Shown here: piece after piece, positions 1 through 12,900 of the stretch
Numbering within the stretch: the first letter of the stretch is position 1
Layout of the letters: each line of letters begins with the position of its first letter
Source: Octopus vulgaris
Lineage: Eukaryota
Length of the DNA stretch: 64,000 bases
Direction of reading: 5' to 3'
Assembly: GCA_951406725.2 (NCBI GenBank)
Contig: OX597831.1
Span: 59,086,001-59,150,000, forward strand
Made by a program: the position numbers and the translations under genes
The notes under the pieces: model-generated
The model's database searches: none
The model's input: only the letters and a program-made list of their open reading frames with translations
What the model was told of the DNA's origin: nothing

Positions 1-317
1 ACCCTATACAATTTTCAATATCTGGTGCAAGACTGTCTCACTTTTCCATTTATTTCTCTGTCGGTCTCTCCCATCTATCTACCTCTCTACCTATCTGCTG
101 CTTTTCTCTCTTAACTGCCTTCCATTTCTTCCTCTGTCCATCTCTGTCAAATACCTACTGTCTATTTTGATTCCCTTATTTTTCTGCACTCTATCTTTCT
201 GCCTACCTGCTCTTCCCTAACATTCTCTACTCTCTTTAATTCACTCCTTCGGTACCAAAAGACAATCCAATTGTTTACTATTCATCGTGTTTTCTACTTG
301 ACCAGTGCATAGGTAAG

Positions 318-498
318 ACATCATTGTTTAATGTCCATTTTCCATGCTGGAATAGGTTGAATGGTTCCACTGGGGCCTGGGAAGCTAGGAGGTTGAACCA
401 AGCTCCAATCTGATCTGGCAGTGTTTCTACAGCTAGATGCCTTTCCTAATGCCAACCACTCTGAGAGTGTAGTGGGTGCTGTTTTTACGTGCCACCGG
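318..498 (-). mobile_element. SINE/RTE-related interspersed repeat, 3' portion
   Basis: Contains gatgcctttcctaatgccaacc (reverse complement of the GGTTGGC..AGGAAGGGCATC motif I recall from RTE-related SINEs) and a ...catggaaaatggacattaaacaatgatg-type tail. Confidence 0.55.
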
Positions 499-706
499 GC
501 CAATTTCCTGCCTAGTATTTTATAAATGTAGATAGTGAAATAATCACATAAATATGAAATTATGAAGAACTAATTATATATATATATGTGTATGTGTGTG
601 TGTGTATACAGATATATATATATACAAATATACATATATATAAGATCTATATATATGTATACTATAATGTATGAAGCTACTTTTTGATTAGGATGTATCA
701 AGTATT

Positions 707-1012
707 GGTGAAGGCGCATGGCTCAGTGGTTTGAGCGTCGAGCTTACGATCATGAATTTGTGAGTTCGAATCCCGGATCGGGCTGCGTGTTTTGTTCTAG
801 AGCAAGACACTTTATTTCTCGTTGCTCCAGTTCACTCAGCTGTAGAAATGAGTTGCGACGTCACTGATGCCAAGCCTTTGCCTTACCCTTGAATAACGTT
901 GGCAATGTGGAGAGGAGAGGCCGGTATGCATGGGCGACTGGTGTCTTCCATAAACAACATTTCCCGGACTTGTGCCAGGGAGGGTAACTTCCTAGGTGCA
1001 ATGCCATGGTCA
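707..1012 (+). mobile_element. tRNA-derived SINE (CORE-like)
   Basis: A-box tggctcagtgg and B-box gagttcgaatcc, followed by gagcaagacacttt and cactcagctgta. A diverged copy lies at 61236-61400. Confidence 0.75.
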
Positions 1013-1699
1013 GAGGGTTCTCCACAACAATTACTAAAAGAAAGAAATTACTAAAGGTTTGACCGTCTGGAAATATTTTTTAAAATTCATGTTATAAAAC
1101 TTTTCTTATAATTGCGATTTCTCAACTTTAAGAATTTTTTTAATTCCCATTTCTCACATATTTAAACATTCATTGAACTGCGGAGTATTCCTTTTTTGTA
1201 AAGTCTCACCTTCACTTGTAATGTTTTCATTTCAAGTTTTAATTCACTATTTGGAAGACCGACAATTTATTCTATTAATGAATAGGTGATATAACAAATA
1301 TTATTTATTGTTTGAAATTTAAAAACAAATATGTAAAATTTGTGTAAAAAATTTTAAAGTATTTTTGTTGTTATGGCTCTATACGCATTACAATAATAAC
1401 CATCCGGATCGATTTCGGCCATTTTCCTTTTTTAACTTAAAAAAAACGGGAGGAGCCTTTTCGGTAAAAAAATAAAACAAAACAAACTAAGTATTTTCAG
1501 AAGAAATGGTGAATAATTCAAGAGATGTTTTACTGTTGTTTCTAGCACAACCCAAACCGCCTTCCTTTTTCACTCTCATATTTATTGATGATTTTTTCAA
1601 TACTTTTCTCCCATTAAACACATCGTATGGAATAATGGTCTATCGATAGAAGAAACAAACAAACAAAATAAATTGTAATCTGAAATTTATTTCTCCACT

Positions 1700-1885
1700 G
1701 TCGCTTTAAACCGCGACCTGTTCACTGACAAAACTTCGTACTGCGTCACTTTTCAGGGAACAGGTTGTGGTTTCAAGGCGTCGAAACTATTTTGACATAA
1801 ATAAAATTTAAATGCTAAAGTGAAACTGTTTTTGTGTGTTCTTGAATGGCTTACAAACATCTTCAAATCTGCAATTGTTTTTGTT
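1700..1885 (+). mobile_element. short PLE-type terminal repeat with hammerhead-like motif and an inverted truncated copy
   Basis: 1700-1728 is an imperfect inverted repeat of 1753-1782. The downstream sequence matches the minus strand of 5340-5470. Confidence 0.55.
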
Positions 1886-2307
1886 TCAGCACAAGATCTC
1901 AGATCAAGTCACTTGCTATGCAAGTATGTCTCCGTACTTTTTACAAATCACTCTGGATAGATATCAATAATGACGTTCTAAGGCTCTGCAATATTCTGAT
2001 TTCTAAACATAAACAATTGGGGTCAGTGAGTGGTGTGCAAAAAATTCATAATTTCTGAAATTTTCGTTTTTGGAGCATTTAAATTTATTTATGGGGAAAT
2101 TATTGGAAAACATCAATACATGCGAGAGCAATAAAGAAATGAGAAAGGTTGTCTTAGGATGTGCCAGAAAAATAGCCAAATCGCCCTTAAATCCCTCAAT
2201 TTTCCCTCTCCTTTTCTTTCTTTCCTTCATTTTTTTCCTTTCTATCTCTCACTCTCTAGATATAGATTTATACACACAGACAGACATATATATATGTATA
2301 TATGTGT

Positions 2308-2310
2308 ATT

Positions 2311-2397
<87 letters not shown>
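2308..2397. repeat. (TA)n microsatellite
   Basis: Direct reading. It is one of many such tracts (e.g. 3027-3266, 7620-7777, 36232-36410, 62738-62784). Confidence 0.95.
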
Positions 2398-2399
<2 letters not shown>

Positions 2400-3022
2400 T
2401 GTTACACGAGTTGGGATAAAATGTAAAACTGCCTGTTTAAATTGAGAGCAACACTCCATTGCATGCGTGCAAAAACGGAATTTGTACTACGTAGCCCCAT
2501 CATGTAAAATAATGGTGCTGATTACGTTTGCCTGAAATTAATTTTCCGTTCGTATCTCACTGCCCGAAGAAAAAAACTTACATTTAGATTTGGACATAAA
2601 ACTGTCGAGCTAAGTGTAATCGTCTGACCAAACTGCAGCGCGTTTCGGTTCTCGATTTTCGGGGTGTACAAAAAAATTAACCCCAAGTCAGATTTGAATT
2701 CTGAACCTAAAGTTATATAATTTAATAGACGCAAGGTATTAACTATGGCATTTATCACTTCTAAACATGTAAAAATTCCTTTTAAGAATTAAATAGGAAA
2801 ATGATGCATGGATTAAAAAGTCTTAACACATTATGAAATATTTTAAGACGAAAAATGTTCGCATAATGGATTTCAAGAAAAATACACATTTTGTTTCCAC
2901 AAAATATAAAATATTACAGCAAATGTAAACAACTAAAATTCTAGTGAAAGGAATAGAATATTTAGAGGTGAATATTAGCAAAAATATGAAAACATACGCA
3001 TTCAGAGAAATCAATTACGCAA

Positions 3023-3083
<61 letters not shown>

Positions 3084-3109
3084 CCTACATACATACATAC
3101 ATACATATA

Positions 3110-3155
<46 letters not shown>

Positions 3156-3176
3156 ATGTATACATACATTTATGGA

Positions 3177-3229
<53 letters not shown>

Positions 3230-3236
3230 CACATAC

Positions 3237-3267
<31 letters not shown>

Positions 3268-4356
3268 AACTTATAGAGTGTATGAAAGCAGCTAAACTGA
3301 TACAAGAAAAACAAATAAATTGTTGTTTAGATTATCATAGCTATAATCAATGTTACAAACGCTAAGCGAATATTCACACCAATGAAATATTGGCTAATGT
3401 GATAAAGAATGATAAAATTTCTGTAAAACAGATAGCAATATTATGTTTTAATTTTCCTCTTTTATGTCGGATACGTTTTGGATTTTAAAAAAATCATCCA
3501 AAATATCTCACAAGTTAATTTTTGTGGGAATCAGATAAAATATACCATACTGAATAAATTCTTGTTTGTAATCATTTAATCTCGGCTATACAATGTTATT
3601 GATGTTTTGACAAGTTAGAATTTGTCGTTCATTTTGCTATTCATCCATTTTGAAAAGGTACGTCCACAATGACATACATATATGTGTTTGTATGTGTGTG
3701 TGTGTGAGTGTATGTGCAAATATTTTATAGCTTAATATTTATGGTATTTCAGAATATGGTAGTTATTTAGGGCATGCATGTGTGTGTGTGTGTATGTATA
3801 CATGCATGTGTACGAATGATAATCTGTATATTTTGTTTTGGATATGCCAATATGACTGACTATTAGTTATCGTGCTAAAGTTCGCATATGTATCGGTGGT
3901 AGAAATTTTTTTTTTCCAGCAGTAGCGATAGAATTGCAATACCACATTTCTGTTGATGCCATTGAGTACCATGCGTGCGGGCATGAATTTTTCTACAATT
4001 GTGTTCGATATGGAATTGTCTGCTCAACGTATCTAAACTTAAGGAAGTGCCTGTTTCTTGTTATTTTTCTTAGAACCGGAAAATAGCTCCCGGCCTCTGG
4101 GTGGAGGGTGGATTTTATTTTCTGTGATCAAAAGATAAATGTTTTTGATGGTGAGGCATTTTTAGGGAGTCATAATCGAAAATACTGACAAATTGCCGAG
4201 AAACATTTCTATTTATCACTCGTGTGGGACTCAATGATTAGAGGAATGGTTCACGAAGACTCCAGATGCAATTCCTGATTTATGGGGACGGGATAGTTTA
4301 CGTCCGGTAAGTGTCAAGAGATGCGTTTGATACAGTCCAAGGCATTGCTGGAGCTT

Positions 4357-4414
4357 GATAATCTCTGGTTCATATCCGATAATCTCTGGTTCATAATCTC
4401 TGGTTCATATCCGA
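4357..4414. repeat. short tandem repeat of ataatctctggttc(atatccg), 3 copies
   Basis: Direct reading; units are 21, 14 and 21 bp. Confidence 0.85.
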
Positions 4415-4960
4415 GCCCAATATCTAAATATGAGACAAGTCAAATAGCTCTGCGCCAGATCCACCGAAGGTTGCAGTGTTAAGCATATCAAGTCCCCATC
4501 ATCTCCGAGATATTTGAGGATCGTAGCGATGAGTATCATGTCATGCCTCCTCATCTTTTACGTACGATCTTAAAGTCAATGCAACGACTTACATCGAGAC
4601 AGTGGAGACGGTTGGTAAGCTCTGGATTGAATGAATTTGTTCGAGTTAGGCCGTGCGTGTTCGTTTCCATCCAACCTAGCATACCTACAAAGCCAAGGAC
4701 ATGGTAGTATCTGCCCTAGGGTATATTTTGGCCATCGTGTCTCAAAATATTTTTATCATAGAATTTAGTCATTTAAGACACTGTAATGAGGTGCAACGTA
4801 TTCAGATCGATGATAGTGGGATTGAAGGCTATTTTCTATATGTATGTAAGAAGTGTACAAAATTCTATTAAAATTATCTTGTCTTTTCTGATGAATATTT
4901 TACATTCTTTAAATTAAAATTTTGTTTCAAATAGCTTATATAACACACACACACACAAAT

Positions 4961-5022
<62 letters not shown>

Positions 5023-5339
5023 TCATTCACTCTCCTTATTTACATGTAATCCTTTCTTTCAAATAGCGTGGGCCCGAAACGTTAAATACTTTTCGGTTCT
5101 TCCCGAGCTTTAAACTGATACACATGCTAGTTGTTCCTACACTTGTCTTCATGTTTCGTTTTATGTAAATTTGGACTATATATATGCACCTAACATGTCT
5201 GTACGTTTGTGTGTGCGTATTTGTGTCAATGAAAAACATAGCAAAAACGTACATGTGTCTCACCGGACTGACTAGCAGAAATCGATCACGCAAGCATAAA
5301 ATCCCGGTATACCTATATTGCTAGAAGTAGTGTTACAAA

Positions 5340-5478
5340 TACATTCCACTGTGGAAGATGTTTCTAAGCCATTTCAAGACACATCAAAACCGTCAGATTC
5401 ATTTTTACTTTTAAATTTACTTTGTCAAAACATTTTCGTCGCTTGGAGACGGCGAACAGTTCACAGACGAAATTCAGT
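5340..5478 (-). mobile_element. short PLE-type terminal repeat with hammerhead-like motif (same family as 1753-1885)
   Basis: Minus strand reads gtct-GTGAACT-gttcgc..gcgac-GAAA-atgttt-tgac, followed by aaatttaaa..cttgaaatggcttagaaacatcttc, shared with the 1.8-kb copy. Confidence 0.55.
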
Positions 5479-5772
5479 GCTGCATCTTATAAATAACAGT
5501 TAGTTCATGATATGTATGTATGTATGCATGTAAGTATGTGTGTATGCATATGTGTATATGCGTATGCATGCGTGCATGCCTATACGCATGTATGCATATA
5601 TGCATGTGCGTATGTACGTGTATATGTGATTATTTAGGTATGTAAGTGTGTTGACGTATCTGTGTGTGTATATGTATCTCTCTGTGTGTGTGTGTGCGTG
5701 AACATATGTTTATGTGCTGATATGTGTACCTGTTCAAGGTGTATGTATGACTTTCACTCTGGCGAGGATTAA

Positions 5773-5804
<32 letters not shown>

Positions 5805-7624
5805 ATGTGTCTGTATATATATATATATATATACATATGTGTGTATGTGTGTGTTTCTTCTTTTTTGAAAAATTTATTTTATTATACATGTATTGTTTTC
5901 CACAATACGTCGTAACACACACGTAGGTATAAAGGATGCATATGAATTGTACTCCGCTGCATATATTTACGAGTGCGGATAGATGTCAGTCAAACGATAT
6001 CGCTTAATCGTATGCATATAGCAAAACCCTCGTGAATTTATCTTTAACTTCGAAACACGTCCGTAATTAACCACGGCCTTGTTAAATCATATCGATTCAT
6101 ATTTTTCTTTTGCCTACATTAAAAGTGTGTTATTTTCTCGGAGTTTTTATGGTTATAGAAAAGGCACCATTCACTATACTTTGTCGCAAAGGTCTGTACT
6201 TATACAAACCGTAAACTGTTAAGTGTATGTTAGTGTTAAATATCTGACATGCATCATAAGGTACGGTATTTCACATTTATTTGAAAGAAGATACATCTTA
6301 TCTGCATAATTGCCGGATCTTTTCTAGCTGTGATACGACGTTGGTTTCGTCCTAGGCAAAATTATATAGACACACATCTGATATATTTTCGTACTTATTT
6401 TGTTTTCACTAATGTCAATACATTTGTATTACATTTAGAATTTAAAAAAAATATTGGCAGATAAACCTATTTCTCACTAATATATTGATGATTGATCATG
6501 AAAGAACACATAATACCCAAACGATTATTGAATTACTGAGTTTTTCAAACTATTGATTTTATTGGTAAATAAATAAATACAAAAGCGGAATTGAAATATT
6601 CCATCGTTTTTCTGCACAATGTAAGCGCAAATATTGTGTGATTTGAAATAAAGATAATTTCTTTGAAAGCTAATTGCAAAACCTACAAATCTTCACAGTA
6701 ATAAATTATCATTTTCATAGAATACCGCGCACAAAAGTTATTGTTTCAGTCAGTTTTGCAAATGAAACTCATGAACTTTAAATATACCTGATAAATTTCC
6801 ATCAGTAAAATTCACTAAGGATATTGATTTTATTTGACACAAATGAGCACTATTGTTTCAAAAAAGTGAGGAAACAATATGATTTTAAGACATTAATCTT
6901 TTCTTTGATTTCTGAGAATCAAAACAGAGTTCCAATATTTACTCAAGAAGAGAATCGCGCTGTCAACACTGATATCAGGTTTTCAAATGTATGGGTATAA
7001 ATTTCAGAGTTCTTTAAAGATAATTGCTGCTTCTCTTGATTGACTCAAACAAATTTTCGAACTTCAAACCCACTAGATTACCTTAACTAACATTAAGAAG
7101 AAACGGGCAATTCTACTCTAATTCACGTGGCTTCAACACACACACACACGCACACAAACACACACATACACAAAACACACACGTACAATCATTAATAAAG
7201 TCCTCCGATGTTACGAGCATTATTTGTAGGAATAAGAACAGGAATATGAAGCAAGTATGAGGAGGAATGAGCAGCAGTTAAAAGTATTAGCTCGGGCAGG
7301 TGTAGGAGAATAACGAGAAAATTAGACGTGAAAGAGACTACCTGTGAAAATGTTTACGTACGTGCGTAACTACATACCTGATTAACTTCCTAGGTACGTA
7401 CATACGCACGTACCTACCTACGTAGCTTCCTACGCATCTCCCTCCCCCCTTACTCCTACCTACCTACATACCTGCCTACCTAAACACCCCCTCCCTCCCT
7501 TCATATATTTATTCAAGTATGTATGTATCTATACATCTCTCTATCGGTCTATCTATCCTCTCTCTTTCAATATATATTATACATATACATAACATTCTAG
7601 CTAAATACGCACACACACACATAT

Positions 7625-7656
<32 letters not shown>

Positions 7657-7700
7657 GTATAATATTTATATATATATATATATATATATATGTATACACC

Positions 7701-7775
<75 letters not shown>

Positions 7776-7805
7776 ATCAGAAAGAAAAGACAAGTAAGAG
7801 TCACA

Positions 7806-8127
7806 GAAAGTTTGTATAATATAATTTATGGCGGTATTAGGAACATATTACATCATTACAAATTAAATAAGTACTGGTTTCACGGTAATACGATTGTCAA
7901 CTTATATCGAGAAAACTGCTTTCCTGTCAGTAGGACGCCATTTTTGAGAAAAAGCGGACAGATATGAAGCAGTATGTCTTTTTTCAAAGATGACGCCCTA
8001 TTAACAACAAAACGTTTTCCCTATATAATTTGACAATCGTTTGATCGTGAAACCGGTATTTAATCTTAATGATGCAATGATGTAATATGATCCTTATATC
8101 ACCATAAATTTTATTATACAAACTTCC
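7806..8127. repeat. ~320-bp imperfect palindrome carrying two outward-facing hammerhead-like motifs
   Basis: Left arm aagtttgtataatataatttatggcggtattaggaacatattacatcatt is matched in reverse complement by aatgatgtaatatgatccttatatcaccataaattttattatacaaactt. Centre is near 7965. Confidence 0.8.
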
Positions 8128-8179
8128 TTTTCTTTCTAATATATCTACCCCACGTGTATACAGAACTTTTCGTTCTTCA

Positions 8180-8275
<96 letters not shown>

Positions 8276-8315
8276 TGTGTCTGTGTGTATGTATGTATAT
8301 ATATATATATACATC

Positions 8316-9260
8316 CCACTACCAAATTTATCAAAAGTAAAAGGCAATCAAAGTCCATCAAAAATATCTCAGCAATGCTAAATTACCTTCTACAATCCCC
8401 ACACAAACACTCAAAGAGTGTTACCGCCCCAACAGCGGAGCTGGCATCAACCTTATTGAAGACACAACATACATATTTAAATCAAATTCAGGACATATAT
8501 TTACGTTAAGAAATCATGTCACATGTTCTGTAAGTAATATAATATAAGCCATCACATATCAGAGATATAATGAAGATTACATTGGTTAATGATAGCTTCG
8601 ACTAACAAAGAGACTGACAATTCATCGACAACAACTACGTGACCCCAGTTCTTGACAGATTCCAATGAGTGGACACATACAGATATGCGCCAAAAATAAG
8701 TCCCCAACTTCTGGGACTTCACACTACCTACGTTCAGTGAATACCGCAGATGAAGCAGGTATAAAGAAAGAAACTAATTTCATACAAAAGTAAAAAGCAA
8801 GACTTATCAAACTTTTACAGAGCACATACACAAATAACTATTCACACACAAACCTCATTCTGCTACTTAACATGAGGATCATACACGACTAACAATCTAA
8901 ACTTTAGCCATTAGATTACATATAAACGACTCCTTTCCACTCATAAATTTCTAAGACCAGTCATATGACTATCCTCTATCAATTAATTCCTTTTCAAAAC
9001 ATATACTAATTATATATACTATATTAATTATATATACTTTACTTTCTATAAAGATAGGGTAAGCTTCCAAAACTAGTCAGAAACAAGAAGTTTACGACAT
9101 AAGCCACGTCTTTTTATTTAAACCTTTTCAAAATCAGAGTAAACTGTGAAGCCGATCTTTAAATATAATAAAAACATATGTTTACTAGTCTCAGTGCATT
9201 TTCAACTTCTATTTTGCCTATATTTTTACCCGTGCGGAATAAAATAACTTTGTTTTATAA
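8316..9260 (+). mobile_element. Penelope-like element 3' fragment (GIY-YIG endonuclease pseudogene plus 3' terminal repeat)
   Basis: Translates with stops to FIKSKRQSKSIKNI..HVTCSVSNII*AITYQRYNEDYIG..RLTIHRQQLRDP..MSGHIQIC. A decayed hammerhead lies at 9043-9083. Confidence 0.75.
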
Positions 9261-10313
9261 ACACACACAAAAACAGACATACAAACACACATACAAAGAA
9301 ATAGAAGCTGAACCTGAAGGAAAGTGAGATTATGATGGTGTTAATCATACATGGAACATTGATTCTACGGATGTTTTGAATTGGACAATAAAACAGAAGG
9401 GACTAGGAAACAGGAAGGCTAAAAGAATGAACTGAGAAAAATAGAAGGTGTAAGCATAAACAGAAGAGCACTCGCTGTTAAAAGTGACAGATTTAGAGCA
9501 GATGGTATCGTGTATGTCATGATCAGTTACTAATAAGGACCATCCCCTCATTGACTAGTAATTATATTTCATTTCTCCTGTAGGATAGTTCAGCTATATT
9601 GTGTAACTGTTTACCTTTGTTGTCTTCAACTCAAGGAATAAAAAATAATCAGGAATTTCGCTCTTCAGCTTTGCTGTTACAGGCAGACAAATCGCTATAG
9701 TATTTCATTAATATAAAATGAGGATTGTATGATTTGAAATGCTGAAGTATTCTTCGATTCTAACAAGTTGTATTTTCAAATATATTTATAAATATACAAT
9801 TGAAATGTGATACAAATTTTAATGAGAGTGCACCCCATTACCACAATTAGGAAAATTCTTCCATCACCTAAAAAATACCACTCATATTTTGATGTATTTT
9901 AGTTAGGTCTGCACTGATGCTATACATTTTATAAAAATAATATTACCATCGTTTGTCAGTACATTAGCGTAAAAATATTTTTCAATTCTTTCTCATGAAA
10001 TCTAGAAAGACAAGAATAATAGAATAAAATGCAACACTAACTTGCATTGTGTTCTGTTAAAAGCATATAATTGCCATATCAAATAACTACTAATGGATAA
10101 TAAATTTCAAAATCAATGGAAATCTGTGTGTCCATAAGAAACATATTTCAGAAGCATATATAGATATATTTATTTCAGCATAAAAATCAATTTAATTATT
10201 AATTGCCATTAATTATGTTAAACTGTACGACATATAACATGGGAATCTGAGTTAAGAGATGCCTTTTATAAACACTTACAGTTCAATATAAGTGGATCTA
10301 TTCTTTCCATATA

Positions 10314-11524
10314 CACGGGTTGGGCATAATAATCGAAGCACCTTGCCTCATAGCATCTTAATTTTGAAATATCTATAAAACTGTCGAAAACTTGCTTATT
10401 TAAATGTTTTTTTCATTTATTATTAGTGTTGCTTAATAAGTTCTGATGAAAAATTCTTGTTTCTTTTCAAATATCATCAGAAACAGGTAATTAAAATTCA
10501 TAAAAATGACAGATCTATCGGACTTTCAAAGAGGTCAAATTATTGGTGCTCTCGTATGTCAGGCGCCTAGCGTAACGACAACAGCTGAAATGTTTGGTGT
10601 TTCAAGAAGTACTATCTTGAAAGTAATGACAGCCTTTGAGAAAGTGGGAAAAACCTTCTCGTCGAAACAAAACCCCGAAGAAAACCAAATGTTTCAGATA
10701 GAGACCATCGGAATCTTGCGCGAATTATTAGAAAGGATCACAAGAGTACTGCTCCCAAAATTACTGCAGAAATTAATGATTACCTCGAGAACCCAGCCTC
10801 TACAAAAAATGTTCTCCGGGATCTACACAAAGCCGAATTTCACGGGAGGGCTGCAATCAGAAAACCAATACTTTCAAAAACAAACGTTACAAAGCGTTTA
10901 GATTGGAGTAAGATCCTACAGAATTGGTCCCCAGAGCAGTGGAAGAATGTTATTTTCTCTCCTTCGCTTTATTTCCGACCAACGGCTTAGTATACTTGTG
11001 GAGATAGCCAAAAGAAGCATTTGACTCAGACTACATTCTTCCAACTGTTAAACATGGAGGAAATCTGTAATGATCTAGGGGCTTATATCTTGGAAATACG
11101 CCGGACCAATGGTTACCCTATATGGTAGAATTAATAGTCAAGACTATTTAAGAATTTTATCTGATAGAATCCATCCTATATTTGTGGAATTGTTTCCGGA
11201 GGGAAACGCAATCTTCCACGATGATAATGCACCAATTCACACAGCTCAAATTATTACTGAATGGCAAGAGGAATATTCTAGTGTAGTTGAACATCTTATC
11301 TCGCCACCACAGTCTCCAGATCTGAATTTTAATGCACATCTATCCTCCACCATGATTATTACAAGAACTGGAAACTGTTTTAGCCGAAAAAGGGACAAAA
11401 GTTCCTTTTGAAACAATTCAAACTTTGTACGAGTCCATACTTCGTAGAATTTAAGCTGTAACTATTGACGAAGGCGGTCCTACCTCATTTTAAGATAAAC
11501 TCTAAGTTGTTTCCAATATTTTGC
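10314..11524 (+). mobile_element. Tc1-like DNA transposon with decayed transposase (10506-11493)
   Basis: MTDLSDFQRGQIIGA HTH start, TVKHGG, FHDDNAPIH and PPQSPDLN motifs, with frameshifts and stops. Left end is TA|cacgggttgggcataataatcgaagcacctt; a degenerate inverted counterpart lies at 11504-11524. Confidence 0.9.
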
Positions 11525-11757
11525 AGTAGATGCATCAGTAAACCTCGGATATCAAGGGGTAAAAAACGCTTCTTCTAAATTGAGAAATTAACATGACGCT
11601 AATAATATGGTAATTTTATTTCACACATATTTTACGATAAGAATCAACTAAAAACGTAGGCCAATAATTGATTTTATATATTTATTTCTTTAAATATTTC
11701 TATTAGTTAAATGTGAATTTACTTCTATGTACACAAACGTATATTATATTGGTATAT

Positions 11758-11794
<37 letters not shown>

Positions 11795-12415
11795 TCGGCT
11801 ATACAATATACATATAAATGAATATTTGAGGCACGACGTTTATAATCCAGTTGTAAGAAGCGCGGTATAAGAACAAAAATATTTAGGTTATGCTAACTTA
11901 TTACAATGTATCTTCTTTCTCTCCATCTCCTTCTCTCTCTCTCCCTCTGTCTGTCTGTCTTCATTTCGCCTCCTTCCTTCCTACGCATTATTTTATTTAT
12001 GTTTACCTGAAAAGTAAGCTATTACACTATATTACCATATCGATCTTGGAAAAATGTGTAGAAACAAACTTTTTTTCTTTTCAAATGAACTCTGCGTTAA
12101 ACCAGATTTTAAATCCCCGTATTTATATTGTAATTTCACGACAAGCAACGTGATGAAGAATGAAATTTACCTTCTTTCCACATTGATTTTCTTATCTCTC
12201 TATGAATTATTAATGCTGTTAGAATATTTTTCCTCAAAATGTAATTGTAACTATTTTTCTTTTATACAAATATGCGGATGTGATTTCCTAGCATTCCATG
12301 CGAAACCATCGCATATTTTTTCAATCAATTGATTTGGTTTACGCTCCATGTTAATTGTTTCTGACAATGCGCTCACACATACATACCTACTTACCTACCT
12401 TCCTGCGTACACACC

Positions 12416-12783
12416 TACCTATTTCTTTACTACCCACAAGGGGCTAAACACAAAGGGGACAAACAAGGACAGACAAAAAGACCCCGAAAGGATGAAAGGC
12501 AAAGACGACCTCGGCGGAATTTGAACTCAGAACGTAACGACAGACGAAATACCTATTTCTTTATTACCCACAAGGGGCTAAACACAGAGGGGACAAACAA
12601 GGACAGACATAGGTATTAAGTCGATTATATCGACCCCAGTGCGTAACTGGTACTTTATTTATCGACCCCGAAAGGATGAAAGGCAAAGTCGACCTCGGCG
12701 GAATTTGAACTCACAACGTAACGCAGACGAAATACCGCTAAGCATTTCGCCCAGCGTGCTAACTTTTCTGCCAGCTCACCGCC
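12416..12783 (-). mobile_element. tRNA-derived SINE (Nin/Deu-domain-like), one full copy fused to a second partial copy
   Basis: Highly similar to 62024-62256 and 52518-52745; contains gtcgactttgcctttcatcctttcggggtcgataaa. Confidence 0.85.
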
Positions 12784-12792
12784 ATAAACCAA

Positions 12793-12900
12793 CCTACCTA
12801 CCTACCTACCTACCTACCTACCTACCTACCTACCTACCTACCTACCTACCTACCTACCTACCTACCTACCTACCTACCTACCTACCTACCTACCTTCCTA
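12793..12900. repeat. (CCTA)n microsatellite
   Basis: Direct reading. Confidence 0.95.

Noticed and set aside
4357-4414. Short repeats resembling a CRISPR array (also 14028-14082 and 57647-57697)
   Set aside because: There are no unique spacers and no cas genes, and the context is eukaryotic; these are simple tandem duplications.
5051-5090. Further hammerhead-like remnants (also 20628-20670 and 2635-2670)
   Set aside because: They are too degenerate to support individually, although their context resembles PLE tails.
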